Source of the DNA: Verrucomicrobiota bacterium
Lineage (GTDB): Bacteria; Verrucomicrobiota; Verrucomicrobiia; Limisphaerales; UBA11358
Length of the DNA stretch: 64,000 nt
Assembly (NCBI GenBank): GCA_049510295.1
Contig: JBEKZC010000012.1
Location: forward strand, 5,492 to 69,491
Direction: 5' to 3'
A model generated the notes under the pieces. It was not told where the DNA came from, made no database searches, and worked only from the letters and a program-made list of their open reading frames with translations. This document shows positions 46,201 to 53,555 of this stretch, in pieces. Position numbers and translations under genes: made by a program. How positions within the stretch are numbered: position 1 is the first letter of the stretch; each line of letters begins with the position of its first letter.

Positions 46201-46684
46201 CCTTGCAGTCGAGTTGGATTGCCTTTTCCACAACGTGTTCACCAGCGGCCTCTGCGCCCGTCGCCTTCGGCTCCGCTGGCGGTCGGCAAGCTTCGAGGAG
46301 CTTCGCATACTCCTGCTCGCGGTTCGCCGGCAGCCAGTTAATGTAAAGGAACTGGGTCAGGGAGCCTTTGATGGGGGCGTCGTCGAGCCGCAGGGGAACA
46401 AATCGACGATCTTTGTTCAGCGGATCGCGAAACCGGAACGTATGGCTCTCCAACTGCGCCCAGTCCGAGCCGAATGCATTCGCCGACATGCAGAGCACCA
46501 GCACGCGCGAGTACTCCAGCCCTTCCTCAATCTTCGCCGGGATGCTGTCGCCGGGCTTGATCTCCCATTCATCAAACCACACCTTCAACCCATCCTTCCG
46601 CAACCGCTCCGCGAGCGGGCGTATCACCGCCTTGTCCTTCGAACTGTGGCTTAGGAAGACATCAAATTTGAAATCATTTGCCAT
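43283..46684 (-). CDS. TIR - 7x WD40 - Roc GTPase - COR - zinc ribbon - DUF4365-like (PD-(D/E)xK-type) multidomain protein (1133 aa)
   Basis: I chose the start at 46684 (MANDFKFDVFLSHSS). The TIR domain has FDVFLSHSSKDK...SDWAQLE with the conserved Glu. Seven WD40 blades carry (T/V)(L/V)RLWD(V/L/M)ETGRCLRVLEGH. The Roc G-motifs are GETSAGKTG, DFGGQ, AGRVD and ETSAK. A COR-like region follows, then CPHC...CVSC, and a C-terminal ERALVGEVIS...DQGIDMEIEF...KLYLQLKSG segment typical of DUF4365. Confidence 0.85.
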   Translation of the reverse strand: MANDFKFDVFLSHSSKDKAVIRPLAERLRKDGLKVWFDEWEIKPGDSIPAKIEEGLEYSRVLVLCMSANAFGSDWAQLESHTFRFRDPLNKDRRFVPLRLDDAPIKGSLTQFLYINWLPANREQEYAKLLEACRPPAEPKATGAEAAGEHVVEKAIQLDCKGASVNAYAFSPDGKRALTGADDNTMRLWDVETGRCLRVLRGHSGDVNGVAWSADQRRALSGANDKTVRLWDVGTGHCLRVLKGHTTDVLRVAWSPDQRRALSSSHDKTLRLWDLETGRCLRVLDSNSWALSLAWGGGQRRVIAGSGDPANVVQLFDVETGQCLLTLEGHKNPIWGVALSADERRAMSGATDKTLRLWDMETGRCLRVLEGHSGRIWCIALSADAHRVISGSDDHTLRLWDVETGRCLRVLEGHTAHVTTVAWSVDGRRAFSGDKKGGIRVWDLSEFVTEARVPKTVAPKLQTSSTRMTRKLVPDQVQYTNAKVLLVGETSAGKTGLSYRLATGEWKPSEGSTVGAWATQWKLPVSSGEGVEREIWLWDFGGQADQRLIHQLYMDETALAVLVFDGQKEDLFETLGQWDRDLTRASRKEFAKLLVAGRVDAGGLRVSRSQVETFAKERGFTCFLETSAKTGERCEELKQAILRGIQWENIPWRSSPLLFKRLKEEIVRLRDEDRVLMRLNELRDALRLRLAGKDGQFKDEELKAVVGLLAGPGAVWELAFGSWVLLQPERINAYAQAVIQTMREDKLERGCLPEERVLKGDLTYQSSMKRLGAEEERFVLLAMHQTLVERGLCLREHTDKGPLLIFPSFYRRERPELVGHPAVLVSYRFNGFLDDIYATLVVRLHHTKPFQQDQLWRYAADFKTLTGRLLGVKLTRRAEGAGEMEVYFDPAIPVEEKIIFSRYVHEHLLQKGQDVVRLRHYVCPHCGTPVGNREVAMKKLEEGKKDILCVSCEKRIPLWDQMEELFASPEMKQRVRELEEQSAIVLDSQSKERALVGEVISTVALAGQISRELIVSDQGIDMEIEFKSDAGEATGRKLYLQLKSGDSYLRERKGDGAEIFTIKDERHARYWMAQAFPVLLVIRNSEGEVRWMEIRDWLNRESNNGKKPVKQIVFEGERFDVMSVRRWRDNVLG

Positions 46685-46764
46685 ACCCACTTCTGCTGAA
46701 CATGGCGAGACTGACGCATTTGCCGGGCAAAAGCAAAAATAAAGTTGGGGGCCGTAAGCCGCCC

Positions 46765-46808
46765 TCACCCGGCCTTCAGCCACCCTCTCCCGTCGGACGG
46801 GAGAGGGG
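46765..46808. repeat. repeat family H hairpin upstream of the TIR gene
   Basis: The sequence gccctcacccggccttcagccaccctctcccgtcggacgggagagggg includes the palindrome ccctctccc gtcgga cgggagaggg. Confidence 0.55.
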
Positions 46809-47052
46809 ATTTATTTGTGGGACAATTTACCCAGGGTGGCGTTCGCTTTGCGTCCTTACCTTGGGCTATTATCTGTCAGCCTTGCAGGCTTTTTTAATTT
46901 GTGTGAATTTGTGAAATTCGTGTCGAGTCGTGATTTTCCCCGGCGGCGCGCAGCGGAGTGCACGCCCTACCTGAAAGCGAAGGTAATTCGAGGACGAGGA
47001 CGAGAACGAGCCGTCTCCGTTACACTTCGCCGCGCCAAGGGACGAGGAGGAT

Positions 47053-47451
47053 TTAAAATGGCAGCTTGTCCTTTTTGCGGTAGGCCAGGCCCTGGAATTG
47101 CGCCACCAGTTCGCCCTGGTCGTCCTTTATCTCAATGGCATACGAACCGACCTTGAAGTTCTTGGATACTTCCCGGGCCTCAGCCCAGAGCGTGCCGGTG
47201 GTGGCGGGTTTCATGAAGGTGATGCTCACGTTGAGCGCCACGGCCACCGTCCCGTGCGAATTGCAGGCGGCGGCAAAGGCGAAATCCGCCAGCGTAAAAA
47301 TCGCCCCGCCATGGACGGTTCCCAGGCCGTTCAAATGGTGCGGATGCAGCGTCATCTTTGCCTTGGCATTGCCGTTCCCTGCCTCGAGCAGTTCAATGTT
47401 GTTGCGCGCGGCGAACTGGTCGCCTTTGAAAAATTCCTTGATGGCTTTCAT
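47053..47451 (-). CDS. PaaI-family hotdog thioesterase
   Basis: The motif LNGLGTVHGGAIFTLADFAFAAA is characteristic of PaaI/YdiI thioesterases. The start was chosen at 47451 (MKAIKEFF), because the longer ORF runs into repeat family F. Confidence 0.85.
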   Translation of the reverse strand: MKAIKEFFKGDQFAARNNIELLEAGNGNAKAKMTLHPHHLNGLGTVHGGAIFTLADFAFAAACNSHGTVAVALNVSITFMKPATTGTLWAEAREVSKNFKVGSYAIEIKDDQGELVAQFQGLAYRKKDKLPF

Positions 47452-47461
47452 GGCAAAATGT

Positions 47462-47523
47462 GTGACGCGTGACGTGTGTCGTGCGTTCCCCACCCTCGTC
47501 ACCCGCCACTCGCCACTCGTCAC
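47462..47523. repeat. palindromic repeat family F, intergenic copy
   Basis: The arms are gtgacgcgtgacgtgtgtcgtgcg and ctcgtcacccgccactcgccactcgtcac. It lies between the ACT-protein stop and the thioesterase start. Confidence 0.7.
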
Positions 47524-47530
47524 TCCTTCA

Positions 47531-47974
47531 TCACCCTTTGAGCCTCCGGCTCAACTCTTCGCTGCCGACGGTATTGATGTTCCGCTCCTTGAGCATCTGC
47601 AACGCCGCGTTCGGGTCGCTGAACCGGAACAACAGCAGCGCGTGGCCGCTCTTGGTCCGGCCGGTGAGCGAGTAGGCGTATTCGACGTTGATGCCCGTGC
47701 CTTCGAGCGCGTCGAGGATTGCCGCCAGACCGCCGGGCTTGTCGTCCACCTCCAGCGCGATGACTTCGGTGACTTTCACGGCAAAGCCGTTCCGCTGCAG
47801 GAGCCGCCGCGCCTTTTCGGTGTCCTCCACCACCAGGCGGAGGATGCCGAACTCGCGGGTGTCGGCCAGTGAGCAGGTCTGGATGTTGATGTCGGCCTTG
47901 GCCAGCAGCCGGCATGGCGCGCTCAACGCCCCCGGCTTGTTTTCCAGAAAAACGGAAAGTTGTTTGATTTTCAT
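47531..47974 (-). CDS. ACT-domain protein (tandem ACT)
   Basis: LSVFLENKPGALSAPCRLLAKADINI, plus a second unit (ALEVDDKPGGLAAILDALEGTGINV), gives the ACT fold pattern. It sits next to paaK, as in iorAB-paaK clusters. Confidence 0.8.
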   Translation of the reverse strand: MKIKQLSVFLENKPGALSAPCRLLAKADINIQTCSLADTREFGILRLVVEDTEKARRLLQRNGFAVKVTEVIALEVDDKPGGLAAILDALEGTGINVEYAYSLTGRTKSGHALLLFRFSDPNAALQMLKERNINTVGSEELSRRLKG

Positions 47975-47992
47975 AGCTTCACTTTCTCAGGG

Positions 47993-49318
47993 TTACATGA
48001 TGCGTTTGTCAATGACGCGTTTTGCCTTGCCTTCGCTGCGTTGCAGGGTGCGCGGGGCCACCAGTTTCACCGCCGGACGCAGGCCGGTGATGCTTTCGAT
48101 GGAATGGACCAGCCGTTTTTGCATCTGTTCCATGGCGCTCACGGTGTCGCTGAACGCGTCGGCGGTCACTTCCACCTGCACTTCCAACGTGTCGAGGTCC
48201 TTCTGGCGGTTCACGATGATCTGGTAGTGAGGCAGCGTGCCCTCCACCTTCAGCAACGCAGCTTCGATCTGCGACGGGAACAGGTTAACGCCACGGATGA
48301 TGAGCATGTCGTCGCTGCGCCGGCCAATGCGGCGGATGCGACGGAGCGTGCGGCCGCAGACGCACCGGGTGGGTTCGAGCGAAGTGATGTCGCGCGTCCG
48401 GTAGCGGATCATCGGCATGGCGCGCTTGCAGAGAGTCGTCAGCACCAGTTCCCCTTCCTCGCCGTCCGGCAACGGCTCGAGCGTTTTCGGATCAATGATT
48501 TCCGGGAAGAACATGTCCTCGAAGATGTGCGGGCCGGCCTGATGGACGCACTCCATCGCCACGCCCGGTCCCACGATTTCGGACAGTCCGTAAATGTCAT
48601 ACGCCTTGATGTCGCTGCCGGCCTCGATGCGCTCCCGCATGTCCTCCGTCCACGGTTCCGCGCCGAACACGCCGATGCGCAACGGGAGTTCCTTCATGTT
48701 TATTCCCATTTCGCCGGCGCGGTCAATCAGGTGCAGGAAGTAACTGGGTGTGCAACAGATGACGGTGACGCCGAAATCCTTCATGAGCATGATCTGGCGG
48801 TCGGTGTTGCCGCCGGAAATGGGAATGACGCTGGCGCCGAGCGCTTCCGCGCCGTAATGCAGGCCAAGACCGCCGGTGAACAGGCCGTAGCCGTAGGCGA
48901 CCTGGACGATGTCGCCGTTGTGCACGCCGCACGCCGCGAGGCTGCGAAGCACGGCCCGGGTCCAGTCGTCGAGATCTTCCTGGGTGTAGGCCACCACAAT
49001 GGGTTTGCCGGTGGTGCCGCTCGACGCGTGAAAACGCACGATCTCCGACATCGGGCTGGCGCAAAGGCCGAACGGATACGTGTCGCGCAAGTCCGTTTTG
49101 ACCGTGAACGGCAGTTTGACGATGTCGTCAATCGTTCGCAAATCGGCGGGCTTGAGCTTGCGTTCGTTCATGCGCTCACGAAACAGCGCCACGCGGTCGA
49201 ACGCGCGCTGGACCATCACCTTGAGCCGGGTGAATTGCACATCGCGCAACTGGGCCGGCGGCAGAAAATCCATCGTGCTGGCCGGATGAAGGGGAGGGAT
49301 CTCGCGGTTCTTGCTCAT
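47993..49318 (-). CDS. paaK: phenylacetate-CoA ligase
   Basis: The motifs SSGTTGKPIVV, YDIYGLSEIVGPG, IRYRTRDIT, GRSDDMLIIRGVN and SEGKAKRVIDKR are present. The start was chosen at 49318 (MSKNREIP), because the longer ORF runs into repeat family E. Confidence 0.92.
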   Translation of the reverse strand: MSKNREIPPLHPASTMDFLPPAQLRDVQFTRLKVMVQRAFDRVALFRERMNERKLKPADLRTIDDIVKLPFTVKTDLRDTYPFGLCASPMSEIVRFHASSGTTGKPIVVAYTQEDLDDWTRAVLRSLAACGVHNGDIVQVAYGYGLFTGGLGLHYGAEALGASVIPISGGNTDRQIMLMKDFGVTVICCTPSYFLHLIDRAGEMGINMKELPLRIGVFGAEPWTEDMRERIEAGSDIKAYDIYGLSEIVGPGVAMECVHQAGPHIFEDMFFPEIIDPKTLEPLPDGEEGELVLTTLCKRAMPMIRYRTRDITSLEPTRCVCGRTLRRIRRIGRRSDDMLIIRGVNLFPSQIEAALLKVEGTLPHYQIIVNRQKDLDTLEVQVEVTADAFSDTVSAMEQMQKRLVHSIESITGLRPAVKLVAPRTLQRSEGKAKRVIDKRIM

Positions 49319-49384
49319 AACTATTTGGGAGAACTTTCTGGTTTGACTGAAAAACTGCCGAATGCACAACCAAGAGGCAGACAA

Positions 49385-49493
49385 ACATCCAACATCCAAC
49401 ATCCAACATTCAACATCCAACCCATAGGCGTTGAATTTGTTCGGAGTTGGAAGTTCGATACCCGCTCGCGATCCATCGGAGTTGAATGTTGGG
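49385..49493. repeat. palindromic repeat family E (tandem CAACATY heptamers / inverted RATGTTG arm)
   Basis: The arms are acatccaacatccaacatccaacattcaacatccaac and ggagttgaatgttggg. It lies between iorB and paaK. Confidence 0.75.
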
Positions 49494-49496
49494 CGT

Positions 49497-49985
49497 TCAT
49501 TTCTTCTTACTTTGACCGGCGCGGCCGGCAACGAATGCCTGGCGGTTGGCGTCAAAGAATTCGGCGGGGAAACCTTCGCGCAAGGCTTCCAGCCATCCGG
49601 CTTCCGGCAACGGCAGATGCATGCTCAACGCGCCGAGCAGCGCCACGTTCAGTGTTTTCTTGTTCGGCAGCTTGCCGACATCGATCGCGTCTGGCGTGAT
49701 CAACATGCCGTCGGGTTTGAGATAATGTTTGTGCGGTTCCACCTGCGTCGGTTCGAGCACGAGCAGATAATTCGCCTCGCCCGGCGGCACCATGGGGCTG
49801 AGCACGATCTGGCCAAAACGCACGTCGCTCGTGACCGAACCGCCGCGCTGGCTCATGCCCTTGATTTCGCTTTTCTTCACGTCAAAGCCGGCGCGCAACG
49901 CCGCGTCGGCGAGAATGTCCGACGCCTTGAGCACTCCCTGGCCGCCGAGCCCGGCCACCACCACGTTGATCAGCCGGCCGCGCAT
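49497..49985 (-). CDS. iorB: indolepyruvate:ferredoxin oxidoreductase subunit beta
   Basis: NVVVAGLGGQGVLKASDILA is the typical N-terminus of the IorB/gamma-type subunit. The start was chosen at 49985, overlapping the iorA stop by 16 nt. Confidence 0.85.
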   Translation of the reverse strand: MRGRLINVVVAGLGGQGVLKASDILADAALRAGFDVKKSEIKGMSQRGGSVTSDVRFGQIVLSPMVPPGEANYLLVLEPTQVEPHKHYLKPDGMLITPDAIDVGKLPNKKTLNVALLGALSMHLPLPEAGWLEALREGFPAEFFDANRQAFVAGRAGQSKKK

Positions 49986-51589
49986 GGTGCCTCCTTTTTT
50001 TCGCACTCGCACGATTCCAGTTCGCGCAGCCGTTTGACGATGAGAATGCACGGCCGGCGGGCGATGATGACGCACAATTCCCGGCTCGCGAGGCATTCGT
50101 CCAAGGTGCGCTCAAACTCGTTTGAACCGACGCGCGGCTCGACCACGTGCACCCGCTTCACGCCGAGCGAACGGGCCAGGTCTTCCAGCACGAGTTTGTT
50201 GGTCGGCTGGTGGTTGAGCTTCCGGCCGGTCCCGGGATGTTCCTGGTGGCCGGTCATGGCCGTGGTGGCATTGTCCAGAATGATGAGCACGTGTCCGCTT
50301 GGCGGCGGGTTATAGACCATCTCCACCAGCCCGCTGATGCCGCTGTGCACAAACGTGCTGTCGCCAATGACACTGACCACGCGCCGCGCCTGTTCCGGCG
50401 GCAACACGTGACGCAACCCCAGTCCCACGCCGAGGCTCGCGCCCATGCAAACGCAGGAATCCATGGCCTCAAAAGGTTTCAGCACGCCCAGCGTGTAGCA
50501 GCCGATGTCGCCCGCCACAATGCAATCGCGCTGGCGCAGCGCCTCGAACACCAGGCGATACTGGCACGCGTCGCACAGTTGCGGCGGCTTGCCCGCCAAC
50601 TGCGCCAGTTCGGGGGTGATGTCGTTATTGAGAATCCGCCGCACGCGTGGCACGCTGAGTTCGCCAAAACGGTACATCTCCGCCTTGCCTTCAACCTTGA
50701 TTCCCGCCGCGCGGATGGCCTCCACGAGGTACGGATCGCCCTCTTCGATGACGATGCACCGTTTCACGCTCTTGACAAACGCGGCGATCTTTTTCATCGG
50801 CAGCGGATGGGTGAAGCCGAGCTTGAGCACGCTCGCTTCCGGCGCGGCTTCACGGACGTGCATGAAGGAAATGCCCGAGGTGATGATGCCCAGTTTTTTG
50901 TCGCCGGAGAAAACGCGGTTGAGGGAACAGGTTTCATTCCATTCCCCGATTTCGGCCAGCTTCTGCCGCAGCCGTTTGTGCGCCGGGCGGGCGTTGGCCG
51001 GAATCATCACGCGCGCACGGATATCGCGCTCGAATTTTGGCGCCTTCGGCGTTCCGCCTGGACCGCGCGGCTGCACGACGGTGTAACTGTGGCAGACGCG
51101 TGTCGTGGCGCGGAGGATCACCGGCAACTTCCAACGTTCGGAAATTTCAAACGCGGCAAACAGGAAATCATACGCCTCCTGCGAATCCGACGGTTCGAGC
51201 ATCGGCACGCTGGCGGCGACGGCATAATGGCGGTTGTCCTGCTCGTTCTGGCTCGAGGCCATTCCAGGATCGTCCGCGGAAATGACGACCAATCCCCCGC
51301 TCACGCCGGTGTAGGCCACGGTGAACAGCGGATCGGCGGCAACATTGAGGCCGACATGTTTCATGGTCGCCATGGCGCGGGCGCCGGCAAAAGCCGCGCC
51401 GATGGCGACTTCCAGGGCGACCTTTTCGTTGGGCGACCACTGGCCGTGTCCGCCCAGTTCAGAGAAACGTTCCAGGATTTCGGTGGAGGGGGTGCCGGGG
51501 TAACCGGCGCCGAGGGCCACGCCGGCATCACGCGCGGCCAGCGCAATGGCTTCGTTGCCGCTCAGGAGTTGTCGTTTGAGTGAAGGCAT
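49970..51589 (-). CDS. iorA: indolepyruvate:ferredoxin oxidoreductase subunit alpha (TPP enzyme)
   Basis: The N-terminal LLSGNEAIALAARDAGV, the TPP-binding region GDIGCYT...GDSTFVHSG and the pairing with iorB support the call. The C-terminus is shorter than archaeal IorA and I saw no clear 2x[4Fe-4S] domain. Confidence 0.85.
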   Translation of the reverse strand: MPSLKRQLLSGNEAIALAARDAGVALGAGYPGTPSTEILERFSELGGHGQWSPNEKVALEVAIGAAFAGARAMATMKHVGLNVAADPLFTVAYTGVSGGLVVISADDPGMASSQNEQDNRHYAVAASVPMLEPSDSQEAYDFLFAAFEISERWKLPVILRATTRVCHSYTVVQPRGPGGTPKAPKFERDIRARVMIPANARPAHKRLRQKLAEIGEWNETCSLNRVFSGDKKLGIITSGISFMHVREAAPEASVLKLGFTHPLPMKKIAAFVKSVKRCIVIEEGDPYLVEAIRAAGIKVEGKAEMYRFGELSVPRVRRILNNDITPELAQLAGKPPQLCDACQYRLVFEALRQRDCIVAGDIGCYTLGVLKPFEAMDSCVCMGASLGVGLGLRHVLPPEQARRVVSVIGDSTFVHSGISGLVEMVYNPPPSGHVLIILDNATTAMTGHQEHPGTGRKLNHQPTNKLVLEDLARSLGVKRVHVVEPRVGSNEFERTLDECLASRELCVIIARRPCILIVKRLRELESCECEKKEAPCAAG

Positions 51590-51953
51590 GTGATTCGCAG
51601 TGGCTCAAGGTTTGGTTGAGTGCAACAAAAAGCGCCGATGATGACAAGCGCGGTTTTTACGATGTCAGGACCGGGCCGAAGGCCGGCGTTCAAAACCCGA
51701 TTTTCCCACAATTTTGACGCCCCTTTTCCGAAAATTACGAGCAGGAATTTTGTGCATTAAATCACCTGCATTCTGTAAAAATGGCCTTATGCGGGCTGGA
51801 CACGCTGGAAATTGTTTCTAATTCTAATCCCAATTCCGCGAACTGGATGTCTGTAATTGCAACCGGCGCGTCGCCGGGATTCAGGAACAGTCGCGGAAGC
51901 GGAAAATCACAATCAAGTCTTCAATCGTTAATCAGACCGGAGATTCGAATCTT
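51590..51953. promoter_or_regulatory. divergent promoter region between iorA (minus) and the porin-ABC operon (plus)
   Basis: This is a 364-bp AT-richer non-coding gap between divergently oriented operons. It contains a direct repeat TGCATT-N9-TGCATT. No consensus promoter was confidently identified. Confidence 0.3.
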
Positions 51954-53522
51954 ATGTTGAACACCAAACTGAAACTGACGTTGGGTCTTGCCGTGCTGGC
52001 CGCGGCGACCGCCCTGGCTCAAACTCAAACCAACGCGCCTGCCGGTGCACCTTCTGCCCCGCCAGCCGGGGCGTCGGCTGCCACACCGGTCGCGGCCACT
52101 CCGGCGCCGCCGCCGCCGACCACCTTCGACCAGTGGGCGAAAGAGGTCAAGAACCCGGTGGACTGGTTGAGTTGGGGGGGTGATATCCGGGTGCGCAATG
52201 AGTACTTCAACAATGCGTTGAGCCTGGGTTCGGGTCCCAGCAGCGGGCCGTTTGGCCCCGTGCATGAACAGGACTATTTCCGTTTTCGTGGCCGGATTGG
52301 GGCCAGCTTTTTCCCGGCAGTATATACGGGCATTACAAACGACCTGAGTTTGAACGTCCGTCTGGCCGCTGAACCGCGGGAGTTCTTGAAAAACTCGACC
52401 ATGGACACATACTTCGAAAAATCGGGCATGCAGTGGCGCTACGGGATTATTGACACCCTCAACGTGCAATGGAAGAAACCGCTGGACCTGCCTGCCACCA
52501 TGACGGTTGGCCGCCAGGATATTAACCTGGGTGACAACTGGCTGTTTGGAGACGGCACGCCCGAGGACGGGTCCTTCACATCTTTCCTCGATTCCGCCCG
52601 CGTCACCGTCGATCTGAAAGATCAGCACACCACCATTGATGCCATCGGCATTGTCCAGTACGGGCGGCCCGACGCCTGGCTGCCCACCATAGGCCCCTCC
52701 ACCACACAGGGTGAAAACCCGAACGCGTATCTCCTGACCGACCAAAACGAAAAGGGCGCGGTTCTGTATATCGCCAACAAGAGCCTGCCGGCAGCCAACC
52801 TGGACGGCTTCTTTATCTACAAACACGACTCGGCCATCAACAACCATCCATACTCGATATTCTCTGACAACGCGGACATCTACACGTTTGGCGGCCGCGT
52901 TTCGGGTTTGGTGGAGGAGCATTTTCAGTATTCGGCGGAGGGGGCGTATCAGTTCGGGAGGAAACAATATCAGTATAATCTTGTGCCACCCCCGTTGGAC
53001 GCAAACTTCCACAACCTCAACGCTTTTGGAGTGAAAAGCAAAATCAGCTACCTGTTCAAGGACAAAATGAACGACCAGTTGAGTATGGTTTTTGAGTTTC
53101 TTTCCGGGGATAATCCAAAAACGGGAAACGATGAAATGTTTGACATATTGTGGGGCCGGTACCCGCAGTGGAGCGAGATGTACAACATTTACAGCTACGT
53201 TAACGAGACGCGCGTAGGGCAAACGGCCAATCTCATACGATTCGGCCCAACTTGGAGTGTGGACCCGATCAAGGACATGAATTTCAGCCTTACCTATAAC
53301 GCGTTGTTTGCGGATCAGGATGTGCCCACTCAAGCGACTGTACCTAGTGATTTCACGGGGACGGGGGACTTTCGCGGCCATTACCTTCAGGCGGTCCTCA
53401 AATACAAATTCACCAAGCATCTGAGCGGCCACCTTTGGAGCGAATTCCTCTTTCCGGGCGACTTCTACGCCAGCCGGAGCATGATGGATTTCCTGCGTGC
53501 GGAAGTTATGTACACGTTCTAG
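51954..53522 (+). CDS. outer-membrane beta-barrel protein (porin-like, alginate-export-type)
   Basis: The signal peptide is MLNTKLKLTLGLAVLAAATALAQ. An Ala/Pro-rich linker and alternating-hydrophobicity strands follow, and the C-terminus ends ...AEVMYTF. It is the first gene of the ABC-transporter operon. Confidence 0.7.
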   Translation: MLNTKLKLTLGLAVLAAATALAQTQTNAPAGAPSAPPAGASAATPVAATPAPPPPTTFDQWAKEVKNPVDWLSWGGDIRVRNEYFNNALSLGSGPSSGPFGPVHEQDYFRFRGRIGASFFPAVYTGITNDLSLNVRLAAEPREFLKNSTMDTYFEKSGMQWRYGIIDTLNVQWKKPLDLPATMTVGRQDINLGDNWLFGDGTPEDGSFTSFLDSARVTVDLKDQHTTIDAIGIVQYGRPDAWLPTIGPSTTQGENPNAYLLTDQNEKGAVLYIANKSLPAANLDGFFIYKHDSAINNHPYSIFSDNADIYTFGGRVSGLVEEHFQYSAEGAYQFGRKQYQYNLVPPPLDANFHNLNAFGVKSKISYLFKDKMNDQLSMVFEFLSGDNPKTGNDEMFDILWGRYPQWSEMYNIYSYVNETRVGQTANLIRFGPTWSVDPIKDMNFSLTYNALFADQDVPTQATVPSDFTGTGDFRGHYLQAVLKYKFTKHLSGHLWSEFLFPGDFYASRSMMDFLRAEVMYTF

Positions 53523-53555
53523 CCCGCCCTGACATCCATCGGGCAAAAACAGCTT

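Noticed and set aside
49385-49493. Repeated NIQHPTFNIQ-type peptides in ORF extensions (47993..49555, 61756..62295, 58572..59087), considered as a repeat-protein family
   Set aside because: The peptides arise only where ORFs run into the CAACATY palindromes in intergenic gaps. The downstream Met starts give canonical N-termini (for example MSKNREIP for PaaK). These are non-coding repeats, not protein repeats.
47960-49699. 579-aa plus-strand ORF, together with 50147..51583 (478 aa), 60259..61437 (392 aa), 22478..23857 (459 aa), 12199..13428 (409 aa), 13361..14506 (381 aa), 25936..27027 (363 aa) and 44123..45292 (389 aa)
   Set aside because: Each is antisense to a gene with strong family motifs (paaK, iorA, paaK, URO-D-like/aroK, ADH, OYE, rnr, the TIR giant). 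None has motifs of its own, and their composition is typical of GC-rich antisense frames.
49970-51589. Considered calling iorA a truncated gene or pseudogene, because it lacks the C-terminal 2x[4Fe-4S] ferredoxin domain I associate with archaeal IorA
   Set aside because: The ORF is intact and overlaps iorB in the usual coupled way. Bacterial IorA proteins of about 530 aa without an obvious CxxCxxCxxxCP pair exist as far as I recall. There is no frameshift or stop to support pseudogenisation.
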